Source of the DNA: a virus
Taxonomy: Duplodnaviria; Caudoviricetes
Strand: one strand, 5' to 3'
IMG/VR virus record: IMGVR_UViG_3300016667_000489
Location: 1 to 48,591 of that record
Length of the DNA stretch: 48,591 bases
In this document: in pieces, positions 26,367-35,600 of the stretch
How the letters are laid out: each line of letters begins with the position of its first letter
Numbering within the stretch: position 1 is the stretch's first letter
Notes under the pieces: model-generated
Databases searched by the model: none
What the model was told of the DNA's origin: nothing
Seen by the model: only the letters and a program-made list of their open reading frames with translations
Made by a program: the position numbers and the translations under genes

Positions 26367-26688
26367 TTATTTGTATTCCTGATAAGAAGCGATCTATCTT
26401 CAAACATATATCATAACATTGTTTGATATCATGTTTACCATTTTCGGATTGGATTTTGCATGACACTAAAGCAAAATCGCCGTCCTCTTCTTCTTCAAGA
26501 GTGACGACGATTCCATGATCATGTTTAAGTTGTAGAACGTCTATAGTGAGGTAGCTATATTCTTCTATTCTTATCTTTATGTTCTCTTTAAAGACAAAAA
26601 GGACCGAACCTACCGCACGGGTAGTCCAGCCCTCCGGAAAAGAACTATATAATGGGTGATTAAGTAATTCTGGATCTGGCATAATCAA
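26359..26688 (-). CDS. Hypothetical protein
   Basis: Co-oriented ORF with overlaps on both sides. Confidence 0.6.
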   Translation of the reverse strand: MIMPDPELLNHPLYSSFPEGWTTRAVGSVLFVFKENIKIRIEEYSYLTIDVLQLKHDHGIVVTLEEEEDGDFALVSCKIQSENGKHDIKQCYDICLKIDRFLSGIQIND

Positions 26689-27461
26689 TTCGCATTCTTC
26701 TTCGGACGACCACGCTTCTTGCTCGGGTAGAGGTGCTTGCTAATCATCGTCTGAAAACTCTTCATCCGGTTATCCTGCTTAAGAATATCGCCACGGAGAT
26801 AATCTGCAATATCCGTAGCATCCTGGCTCATAAGGAACTGGATCATCTTAAGCTCCCGGTTAGTCTTAATATCTTCCATTTCCAGCGGCGTAATCTGATA
26901 AGCCTTCTTGATCGCATCAAGGAAAGCGTTAACGCTATTGCAGGAAAGGAGAAGCGTAGCGTAGGCGTCTGCAACCTCTCGATGCGCCTGGGAGATACGC
27001 TCCATAGCAGCTTCCATACCATCACGGTTCTTGCCCGTCATAAGCTGCATCTTGGCGGTTCCAGAGGTTTCAAGCTTAAGTGCCATCATAGCAGTAATGC
27101 CATGAAGCTCATTGCCGATATTCTTAAGGGAAACATCGCCAGTATTATAGATCGCTTCCTTCTTACCCTTCACAGGCTTGGCAGCGACAGCATCAAAATC
27201 AATAGCCGCAAAATCGCTCTTAAGGGACTTCTTAATCGCCCAATCATCGCACACGTCAGCCGGGGAGAGCGGGAAGCCACTCCGAGGATCGGAAATATAA
27301 GCGAGCACGTTCTCTGCATTCACGCCCGGATTATACCATGCACGGTCCCGCTTCTCTGCGCTGAAATAATAGCTAACCAGCCACTCGGAAAGCTTTGCAC
27401 GATCACGAAGGCGGGCGAAAAGGGGATTGACGTTCTCGGGATTGATCTTCATGCTGTTCAT
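26685..27461 (-). CDS. Putative DNA-binding protein (degenerate sigma-region-4-like HTH, C-terminal AT-hook)
   Basis: SLKNIGNELHGITAMMALKLE and KRGRPKK. GGAGA SD, GC-rich. Confidence 0.55.
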   Translation of the reverse strand: MNSMKINPENVNPLFARLRDRAKLSEWLVSYYFSAEKRDRAWYNPGVNAENVLAYISDPRSGFPLSPADVCDDWAIKKSLKSDFAAIDFDAVAAKPVKGKKEAIYNTGDVSLKNIGNELHGITAMMALKLETSGTAKMQLMTGKNRDGMEAAMERISQAHREVADAYATLLLSCNSVNAFLDAIKKAYQITPLEMEDIKTNRELKMIQFLMSQDATDIADYLRGDILKQDNRMKSFQTMISKHLYPSKKRGRPKKNAN

Positions 27462-27493
27462 CGTTTCTCCAGGGTTAGCGGCAGTTATATGTT

Positions 27494-27522
27494 ATAATGC
27501 CATACCTGGGAACGAAAGTCAA
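27494..27522 (-). promoter_or_regulatory. Sigma70-type promoter
   Basis: TTGACT-17-CATTAT with TG extension. Confidence 0.7.
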
Positions 27523-27557
27523 GGGATTAAATTAAAATAACCTAACCCCTTGAAATA

Positions 27558-28448
27558 TCAGAAGAATTTACGAACAAGAGAAGGTCTACCGGCTGTTTCT
27601 TTTGCTCTAAGAGCATCTGTGAAGCGAGCAATGACTGGGAGATTAGAACCTTGAAGGTATAATCTGATAAGTTCTGCTGCTGCCTCTTCTTCTGCGCCTT
27701 CGCTTGCCATTGCTTGAAGGTTAACGAGAAGTTCAATATCTTTTTCTGTTGCTCTTGGCATTTTAAGAACGTCCATAACGAAATCTTCAACACCTACTTC
27801 ACCAAGACGTTCAACGAATTGTTTAGCTGCTGGAACTGCTAATGCTTTAAGGCTTTCTGTAGATTCCAGACCACCTCTTGATACAGCGGCTTTCTTGAAA
27901 CGTTCCATTGCTTTCTTTTCAAGTTCTGCTGCTCTTTGAACAGAGACGCCAAGTTCTTTAGCAATGTCTTCAAGGGATGCGCCCCCGGTCATGCCTTTTG
28001 TTTGATACTTTTTATCGGATTCTTCTTCGTCAGCCTCAACTTCTTCAACTTCTGCTGGAGTTTCTTCGCTACCAACAGCAGCTTTTGCTCCCTTCATGTT
28101 ATTGATCAGATCTTTGAGTTTATTTGGTGTCATAGCTGAATAACCAAGAATAGACTTACCATTGAATCCGTCAACATATAGCTTATCAAGGATTGCTTTA
28201 AGTTCTTCTTTTGAAGTGCGACCGGTAAGCTTTGATAGATAACGCTTTTGATCTGGAGAAATATCTCCTTCAGTTTTGCGTGCTAATAGCTTAAGAACGG
28301 CTTCTGCATTACGAAGATTTGTAGCAGAGATAAGAGAAGCAGCTTGATCACGGCGTTGTGGGCTTCTACCTTGTTGTGCTGCTACTTGTTCACTAACAGC
28401 TTCACGGATTAAGGTTTTAAGTTCATTCATTGAGATTTTCATAATCAT
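27558..28448 (-). CDS. Sigma70-region-4-like HTH protein with virion-type leader
   Basis: SLEDIAKELGVSVQRAAELEKKAM. N-terminal MKISMNELKTLIREAVSEQ. Confidence 0.7.
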   Translation of the reverse strand: MIMKISMNELKTLIREAVSEQVAAQQGRSPQRRDQAASLISATNLRNAEAVLKLLARKTEGDISPDQKRYLSKLTGRTSKEELKAILDKLYVDGFNGKSILGYSAMTPNKLKDLINNMKGAKAAVGSEETPAEVEEVEADEEESDKKYQTKGMTGGASLEDIAKELGVSVQRAAELEKKAMERFKKAAVSRGGLESTESLKALAVPAAKQFVERLGEVGVEDFVMDVLKMPRATEKDIELLVNLQAMASEGAEEEAAAELIRLYLQGSNLPVIARFTDALRAKETAGRPSLVRKFF

Positions 28449-28705
28449 TCTTCTGCTTTCTCTTCGCCTGCTGAATTAGCGGCTGCATTGTTTTTATCTG
28501 TCCATCTACGTGAGAAGTAAAGGGTTGCAATCGGTGTAAAGTAGCTCATTGCTTCAGAACCAGAGAATTCTCTGATTTGAATACCAAATGCTTCTTCTAC
28601 TATGGAAACGAGTAACCATAGAGTTACTACGGTAAATGCTATTACCATCATTGTGAATGAAGCAGACGGTCTGCCGTCAGATTGTTTTAAAAGAGGTACT
28701 TTCAT
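28445..28705 (-). CDS. Small two-TM protein, putative holin
   Basis: Two hydrophobic segments and a charged tail. Adjacent to spanin-like genes. Confidence 0.5.
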   Translation of the reverse strand: MKVPLLKQSDGRPSASFTMMVIAFTVVTLWLLVSIVEEAFGIQIREFSGSEAMSYFTPIATLYFSRRWTDKNNAAANSAGEEKAEE

Positions 28706-28722
28706 ATGTGTCCTTTTAAGTA

Positions 28723-29298
28723 TTAATTAGCGGCAATAAATCCCATAAGGAAACCACCAACAACTCCAATCAACAAACCACCAGCACCAACCAATACAGC
28801 TTCCCATGGAAACTCTGAACCACGATTAACAAATCTTTCGTTCTGTCTTAATAGTCTTGCAATTTCGGTATCTCTAGCCGCAATAACCATACGGAATCGG
28901 TTTCTATCGCTATTAATCTGTAGTCTTAATTCTTCTGTCTCACTATGTAAGCGCAATTGAAAACCGGTTCTCATACTTTCCATAGTGGCAGCTACACGAC
29001 TTTGATAAGCTTCTAATTCGGCTATAATATAAGCTGCTTGTTCATTTGAAAAGAATATACCTGGATATGGTGCTCTAAACTCTTGATTAAGAGTTAGTTC
29101 AACAGGAGCAGGAGTAGGAGTTGGATTAGGTTCTACTGCTGGCACTTCTACGGCTTCTACAGCCGCTAACTCTAATGGAGGCATATCAGGGAAGCCTTGA
29201 TCATCTACAGCCGTTGTGGAGCCTCCTGGGAGGTTTCCTGTAGTGCAACCAACCAATATGGAGACTAACAATATGGAAGATATAAGTTTTTTAATCAT
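28723..29298 (-). CDS. Lipoprotein with C-terminal TM, spanin-like
   Basis: Lipobox LVGC, Pro-rich linker, coiled coil, C-terminal AVLVGAGGLLIGVVGGFLMGFIA. Confidence 0.6.
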   Translation of the reverse strand: MIKKLISSILLVSILVGCTTGNLPGGSTTAVDDQGFPDMPPLELAAVEAVEVPAVEPNPTPTPAPVELTLNQEFRAPYPGIFFSNEQAAYIIAELEAYQSRVAATMESMRTGFQLRLHSETEELRLQINSDRNRFRMVIAARDTEIARLLRQNERFVNRGSEFPWEAVLVGAGGLLIGVVGGFLMGFIAAN

Positions 29299-29720
29299 GG
29301 TGTAGGACTCGCTGTTCTGCCAAAACCAAATGTAGAGTTATAGCTGTTAACAAGTTCTGAAGGATTATTTGCAAGTTCAGTTGTTCTTTCAATTCTTCTG
29401 CGACGTATCAGATCAATTTGTCGTTGAAGATCAGCACGAACTTGCTCTAACTGATTTTCATATTCAGCTCTTAAAGCTTCTCTTGCAGCTCTTTCATCAA
29501 CTACAGTTTTATTGAGACTATCAATGGTTTCATGGTTTTCGTTGATTGAATTTCTTTGATCTTCAAGCATTTGATTCATTTCAGAATTTCTTTGATTGAG
29601 TTCAGACATTCTTTGAAACCCAAAATAAAAAGCTAACGCCGCACCTAAAATAAGAAGCAACGTTAGCCAGTTATTTTCAAAAAACTTTTTAATACCGGTA
29701 TTTGTGTTTATGTCTTCCAT
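29295..29720 (-). CDS. i-spanin-like protein
   Basis: N-terminal TM followed by a long coiled coil. ATGA-coupled to the lipoprotein. Confidence 0.6.
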   Translation of the reverse strand: MEDINTNTGIKKFFENNWLTLLLILGAALAFYFGFQRMSELNQRNSEMNQMLEDQRNSINENHETIDSLNKTVVDERAAREALRAEYENQLEQVRADLQRQIDLIRRRRIERTTELANNPSELVNSYNSTFGFGRTASPTP

Positions 29721-29721
29721 A

Positions 29722-30078
29722 TCAGTTTAGATATTTCTTTGGACCTTCTGAGTCATCCTCGTCGTCATCATCATCTATTGGTGGTTTATCCATCATTGTT
29801 GCTTTTTGGACAGTTTCAAACACGTTTGCGATTTCTTCTATAGTTGTATGTATTTCCCTAATGGCATCAGATTGTCGGCGTATAACTTCCGATTGAATTT
29901 CTACTTTTTGTGCAAGGAATCCAATCACTTTTTCTAATGTTTTGATTTGATTTTGTAATGCTTGATTATCAAACTCCCTTAATCTTTTTGTTAACTCTTC
30001 AGAACTATCAGCTACAGTTATAATCTTTGTTTCAACAGCAGCTTCTTTAACGCCCAGTAATCTCTTTAACAATTTCAT
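29722..30078 (-). CDS. Coiled-coil hypothetical protein
   Basis: Heptad-rich with an acidic tail. Confidence 0.65.
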   Translation of the reverse strand: MKLLKRLLGVKEAAVETKIITVADSSEELTKRLREFDNQALQNQIKTLEKVIGFLAQKVEIQSEVIRRQSDAIREIHTTIEEIANVFETVQKATMMDKPPIDDDDDEDDSEGPKKYLN

Positions 30079-30085
30079 ATAGTCC

Positions 30086-30385
30086 TCACTTCTGAAGTTT
30101 TTTATTTTCTTCTTCTATCATACGATATAGAGTTTCTGCATCAACGTGTTCTTCTTTGCCCTCCAATATTCTTTGTTTTTTATACTGTGTTGCTTCATTT
30201 AGCAACTCAACTAATCTTTGATCGTTAATGGATATCTGTTGTATTAGATAACCCATGAATTGATGTGCTGTTAAACCGTGTCTGAATAGTTCCTTCTTTA
30301 AATGCAACATTTCTTCCTTGGTAAATCTTAACTCTAATAGTTCTTTAGGAAGAATCTTTTTTGGTCTACCGACAGGTTTAGTCAT
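30086..30385 (-). CDS. Putative DNA-binding protein (AT-hook + RHH-like)
   Basis: VGRPKK followed by LELRFTKEE helix-helix. Confidence 0.5.
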   Translation of the reverse strand: MTKPVGRPKKILPKELLELRFTKEEMLHLKKELFRHGLTAHQFMGYLIQQISINDQRLVELLNEATQYKKQRILEGKEEHVDAETLYRMIEEENKKLQK

Positions 30386-30388
30386 TGA

Positions 30389-31255
30389 TCAATCGCCGCC
30401 ACCTCCACCAAGTTGTCCACCTTCTCCGCCAGCGTTGAAGGAATATGGTGTTGGGAATTCGCCGCCTCCTGATTGTCCAGTATACTCCGTATTTGTAGGA
30501 TGTAATCCATAATTTCTTTCCATTATCTGGATAAACATTTTCGCAGTTCTTTCATCGTAATTGGTTCTGATATATTCTTCAACACGATTAAGGATAATGG
30601 AACGTGGATTTAGTAGAGCATCATAGTTGTTAATAAGGCGAGCGACACTACGAGTAAAATCATTAAGGTTAATCTTTGGTGTATTAACTACAGGCGGACC
30701 TTCTGGAGCTGTTCCGCCTCCACCACCACCTTCATCGCCACCTCCTGCATCACCTTCGTCTGGTGGTGGTTCGTCTGCTGGTGGTTCTTCTGCTGGCGCA
30801 TCTTGTTCGAACAATAATGCACTTAAATTGCGCAATTGTCGTTCCTCTAAAGAAGATGGAGTTGGTTGTTGTGCTAATGTCTCCGGAGGAGTAGCAGCGG
30901 CTGGATTAGCTCCAGGTCCAGGCATTCCGGTTTGTGGAATGCTCTCTCTTTCATAACGAACAATATAACGATCTATAACCTGATCTAAAGAAACGTTCTT
31001 CTGTGGAACAGGTGCAAAATCTGCCATTTGTTGAGGATATTGTGCTTGAACAACCTGTTCTTTCAATACTAAATCTTTATTGCGTGCAACATATAGAACG
31101 TTATTAATACGAACATATGAATGTTGCTTATCTATAAGACGGACGTGTTCATATAAAGTTCCAGCGGGAACACTTACAGGACGATTTGAACGGGTGGTAT
31201 AGCCAAGCTTACCGCTATGACGAACCATTAATGCATTAGTTTTTAATTTCTTCAT
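30389..31255 (-). CDS. Hypothetical putative virion protein with low-complexity linkers
   Basis: LKEQ, LEE, LFEQ sites with P/G/E linkers. Confidence 0.65.
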   Translation of the reverse strand: MKKLKTNALMVRHSGKLGYTTRSNRPVSVPAGTLYEHVRLIDKQHSYVRINNVLYVARNKDLVLKEQVVQAQYPQQMADFAPVPQKNVSLDQVIDRYIVRYERESIPQTGMPGPGANPAAATPPETLAQQPTPSSLEERQLRNLSALLFEQDAPAEEPPADEPPPDEGDAGGGDEGGGGGGTAPEGPPVVNTPKINLNDFTRSVARLINNYDALLNPRSIILNRVEEYIRTNYDERTAKMFIQIMERNYGLHPTNTEYTGQSGGGEFPTPYSFNAGGEGGQLGGGGGD

Positions 31256-31256
31256 A

Positions 31257-32258
31257 TCATCCTCTTGTTTGAACGCCAGGTGCTTGTGTAGCTGGTGCTG
31301 CTGGTGTAGATGGGGAAAGTGGTGCTGTTGCTTGATTGCCCAATCCAGTTGTTATTGGCTTTTGTGCTGGAGGTTGAACTTGTGTGATTGGAACTGTTTG
31401 TGCTTGTTCGGCAGCAGCAGAAAGCATTGCATCTGGTCTTGGATTTGTAAGCGGCTCAATCTTATAGATTAAATCTAGATTGCACTTCTCACATACAGCC
31501 ATACGTGCTTCAACAACGTCCCAATTCAATTCTTTCATCATCGCAAAAAGGTAAGCCTTTTTATCAATTCCATAATCTTTGAAATATGCATGTTCCCACA
31601 TATCCATAACGATTACTGGAACGCAACCAAGAGGAATGTCTTTATCGTGACTATCAACTGTTACGTTCATAAAAACGTTACGATAAGGTTCCCAAACTGT
31701 CATGCCCCAGCCATTACGGGAAGCCATGCAAGCTGCCATGAAATCTTCTTGCCATGCTTCAAAGGTTCCCCAATCACGAGATAATCTCATATATGGAAGG
31801 CTATCTACTCTGATTTCACTATCAACATCAGAAATATTTGCAAAATATAGCTCGTGAAGCTTTACACCATTAAAGTTATATGTTTCATCTACTTTAAGAG
31901 AACGATATGAACTTGCGGTGCTCTTAACATCACCCTTATCAGCAGCCACTAATCCTGTAGCAACTTTATTAAAGGCTTCTACATAACCCTTATAAAGCTT
32001 GTCATGAGCTGTTTTTGCAGCATCTGAAAGCTTCTCTGTCTTCATAAGATGGGACTTTGGAATAAGAGTAAAACCTTCCTTAAGAGTGTTAACAGCAGTC
32101 TTTGCTGCACCAGTAAGCATTTGAACTACAGAAGGTTTAGATGCCTCTGTAAGCTTTTTAGGTTTTTCTGGGGTTAGTCCTTTGGCTTCAAGGGTATCTT
32201 TAACCGCTCTCTTAATTTCACCGTCTAAAAGGGATTGCAAATCTTTTGTAAGTTTCAT
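31257..32258 (-). CDS. Fe/Mn superoxide dismutase-like protein with N- and C-terminal extensions
   Basis: Motifs AH..LYKGYV, NGVKLHELYF, GWG, DMWEHAY..DY. Confidence 0.88.
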   Translation of the reverse strand: MKLTKDLQSLLDGEIKRAVKDTLEAKGLTPEKPKKLTEASKPSVVQMLTGAAKTAVNTLKEGFTLIPKSHLMKTEKLSDAAKTAHDKLYKGYVEAFNKVATGLVAADKGDVKSTASSYRSLKVDETYNFNGVKLHELYFANISDVDSEIRVDSLPYMRLSRDWGTFEAWQEDFMAACMASRNGWGMTVWEPYRNVFMNVTVDSHDKDIPLGCVPVIVMDMWEHAYFKDYGIDKKAYLFAMMKELNWDVVEARMAVCEKCNLDLIYKIEPLTNPRPDAMLSAAAEQAQTVPITQVQPPAQKPITTGLGNQATAPLSPSTPAAPATQAPGVQTRG

Positions 32259-32296
32259 GTGAGATATACCTTCGTAATAATGTATTCTTAATTAGA

Positions 32297-32327
32297 TAAG
32301 GCTGGAAAGATTACCCTTCCAGCCTTA
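32297..32327 (-). terminator. Stem-loop, probable terminator
   Basis: TAAGGCTGGAA/TTCCAGCCTTA 11-bp stem after the dnaE unit. Confidence 0.65.
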
Positions 32328-32335
32328 ATTCTTTG

Positions 32336-32647
32336 TTATTCTTCTATTTTTGTTTCTATCGGAACGAAATATTTGCTCCACTTTTCATCTGCTATTGCTA
32401 CTGTATAATCCTGATAAAGACATATATGATATTCTAATGTTTTATTTTCGTTCCAATTGATTGACACAAATGGACTTGTTAATCTGGCTACCTCTAACTT
32501 AAGAACAACTCCGTTATAAGCAATCTTGCTTATCGTATCCATTCCCGCTGCTCTTACCCATTTTCCTTCGGGATTTTTTTCAACACGATGGATTAATACC
32601 CCTCTCGGGTTATCATGATTTTGATAAGCGCAACGGTATAACGTCAT
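32336..32647 (-). CDS. Hypothetical protein
   Basis: ATGA-coupled to dnaE. Confidence 0.65.
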   Translation of the reverse strand: MTLYRCAYQNHDNPRGVLIHRVEKNPEGKWVRAAGMDTISKIAYNGVVLKLEVARLTSPFVSINWNENKTLEYHICLYQDYTVAIADEKWSKYFVPIETKIEE

Positions 32648-35600
32648 TTGCTGATAATCTCCAACGTTCCAAAGAAGGTAGACAAACCAAAGTCACTCTT
32701 CTTGAACCTTCCAAGTATAAGACTATTTTCTGGAATAATCTTATCCTTACCAGCCTTAAAGTTCCAAACAAACACTTCCATATCTGTGCAGGATGCCCCG
32801 TAAATCTTCATTCTCATATAAGCCTTACCTGTCTTGGTTTTGGCTTCACGGGCGTTTTTAACAATGCACCAGACCCATTGCTCGTCGTCTTCCCAATCGT
32901 CAATAGAAGTAATACCGCTGGTTCGGAAATATTCTGCAATCTCGGGCGTAACAATAAGATCAATATCTACCGTTCCAGATAGAGCCCGACTAAACTCTAC
33001 CTTCTCCTTAAGATCCCAATCGGGTAGCTCCTGGGCTTCTGCAATAATACGAGCAAGATCCTCCTTATGGGTCTTCTTCTTCTTATTGACAGCCCGCTTC
33101 AAATCATCGCCCTTATCCACAAGAACATGGTGAAGCTGACGATAGTTCTTAAACATCTTACCCTCGCCTACCAATCCCATGCTCTCAAAGGCTTCAAGCT
33201 TGATTAGAGTAGCCAATGCACGCTTGTTAAACTTTGAATGACGCCATGTGTCATTAGGATTAAACAACAAATCTTCAAGGTTGTTATAGGGGCGGAACTC
33301 ATTAATCTCATTAAGAACCGTCATACCAACGTGCTTAAGAGAAGCGAAGGATGGAATAAGCTTACCATCACGGATCGTATATTCCTTTTCCGATAGATTT
33401 ACATCGGGCTTACCAATCGTAAATCCAAGAGCCTTGGCTTCCGATAGAGCAATAGCCTTTGGATCTTCCTTACCAGCCTGCTTGCCCTTCTCTGTGGCAC
33501 AGTAATCAATGTATGTGGTAATCCATTCCTCTGGATAGTAGGTCAGGAACCATGCACACTGATATGAAGTAATAGCGTAGGCAACAGCGTGGCTCTTATT
33601 GAATGAATAAGCTACGAACTTTTCCATTTCATCAAAGATGCTATAACTGATTTCCTTGGCGATATTGTTGGTAGCAAGGCAGCGGTTAGCAAAGTCTTCT
33701 CGCATTGCCTCACGTTCCTTTGCAGCCTTCTCCTTATTGGATAGATCCTTCTTGGTGAATGCCTTACGAACAGCATCCGTATCCTCAAGGGGAACACCAG
33801 CAAGCTTATGATAGATTAGCTGTAGCTGCTCTTGGAAGACGATTAGACCGGACGTATCTGCCAATACCTCTTCCAGTAGCGGGTGCTTATAGGCAATCTT
33901 TGAAGGGTTCTTACGGTTATTCAAATATAGCTTGTCAGCACCGATACCAAGAGGACCGGGACGGAAGATAGAAGTTGCGATAGCAATATCTGTGACATTC
34001 TTTGGCTTCATTTCTGCCATGAACTTCTGAACGTTCTGTTGAACGAACTGGAAGATACCAGCATAACGACTATCCCAATAAACGTTCTTAAATACCTTCA
34101 TATCATCAAGAGCATTAACGTCTGGATGAAGGTTATCATCAAACCACTTCTTAATCATATCAAAGGTAATATACTTACGGTTTGGCATGGTCTTACGGAG
34201 GATCTTACGGATGCACTCTTCAAACATACGAAGGGTTCCAAGACCGAGGATATCAAATTTTAGAAGCCCGAAATCCTCGAGGTGGCGTGCGTTAAGACCT
34301 TCTGGCCATGGCGTTTGAAGAACATCACCGCTCTTAATGATTGGCATGTTATCTCGGGGATTGCTGGTAATGATTACACCGCCAGCGTGCCGGGATACGT
34401 TTCGCATCTGCTTGAATAGAACACGAATGGTCTTTTCAAAGTCTGGATACTTCTCCATCAACTCACGGAATGAAGCAGAGTTATTCTCTGCCTCTTCATA
34501 TGTAAGAACCCAGCCAGCACGATCAAAGCCCGGTGTCTTCTTCGCTTCTGCAAGAGCCTCGCTCTCAATTTTACCGGTATACTTGTTGATTTCATCAAAG
34601 GGTAGACCGGCAAGACGAGCAACGTCCTTAATCAAACTGCGTAGCTGTAGCTGATTAAAGTTAGAAACCGAGATAACGTTCTCTGTTCCAAAGTAATCAC
34701 CAATAAGCTTAACAGCCTTTTCACGATCACCGAAATCGGAATCAATATCAGGGAAACCCTTCTTCTTACGAACAAGGAAGCGTTCAAATAGAAGCCCGAA
34801 GCGAATAGGATCTACCTGGGTAATACCCAGCGCATATGATAGAAGACTACCACCAGCAGAACCACGAGCATTACCAATCATCATCTGCTTTGAAGCAATA
34901 TCCATGATCTTGGCGTATGTGAGGAAATACTTGGCAAACTTAAGTTCCTTGATTACTCCGAGTTCGTAGACAAGGCGATCAATATATTCCCCATCCTTAT
35001 CACGCTTACGGTTCTTAAGCCCAATCTTTGCAAGACGCTTCAACTCTTCAAAAGCAAGAACGTCCTCGTCCGTGCCCTCTCCAAGCTTTTCAATGGCATC
35101 TTCAAGATGGGTCTTTGGAACAAGCTTCTCAATAACAGGAAGCTTAACGGAACGATCAAAATCAACCGTTCCAATCTGGTTATGAGCAATATCCCAGGTG
35201 CGTTCAATAGCACTACGGACTACATCATCATTATAACAATCATATCCAGCGGCATAACTCTTATAACTATCCCAAAGCTGCTGGGCATTCTTTGGATAAA
35301 GCTCACACTTAAGTTCTTCTACCTTCTGTGGAAGCTTGGATACATCAACACCATCCTTAGACTTTGAAGCCCAAGCCATAGCCTTGTATAGTTCACGCTC
35401 ACGCCAATGATCTGGATTAGAATAATGGCTATCGCAAGTAACTACAAGATTGGTGTTTGTGCGCTTTGCTGCTTCCATAATATGGAAGTTCTTTAGATGC
35501 TGGGCACCAAGACGATTAAACTGCATTTCAAGGTAATAGTTCTCTTCACCGAGAGCATCCTTAAATGCATAGATCATATCCTTTAGTTCACTCTGAATAA

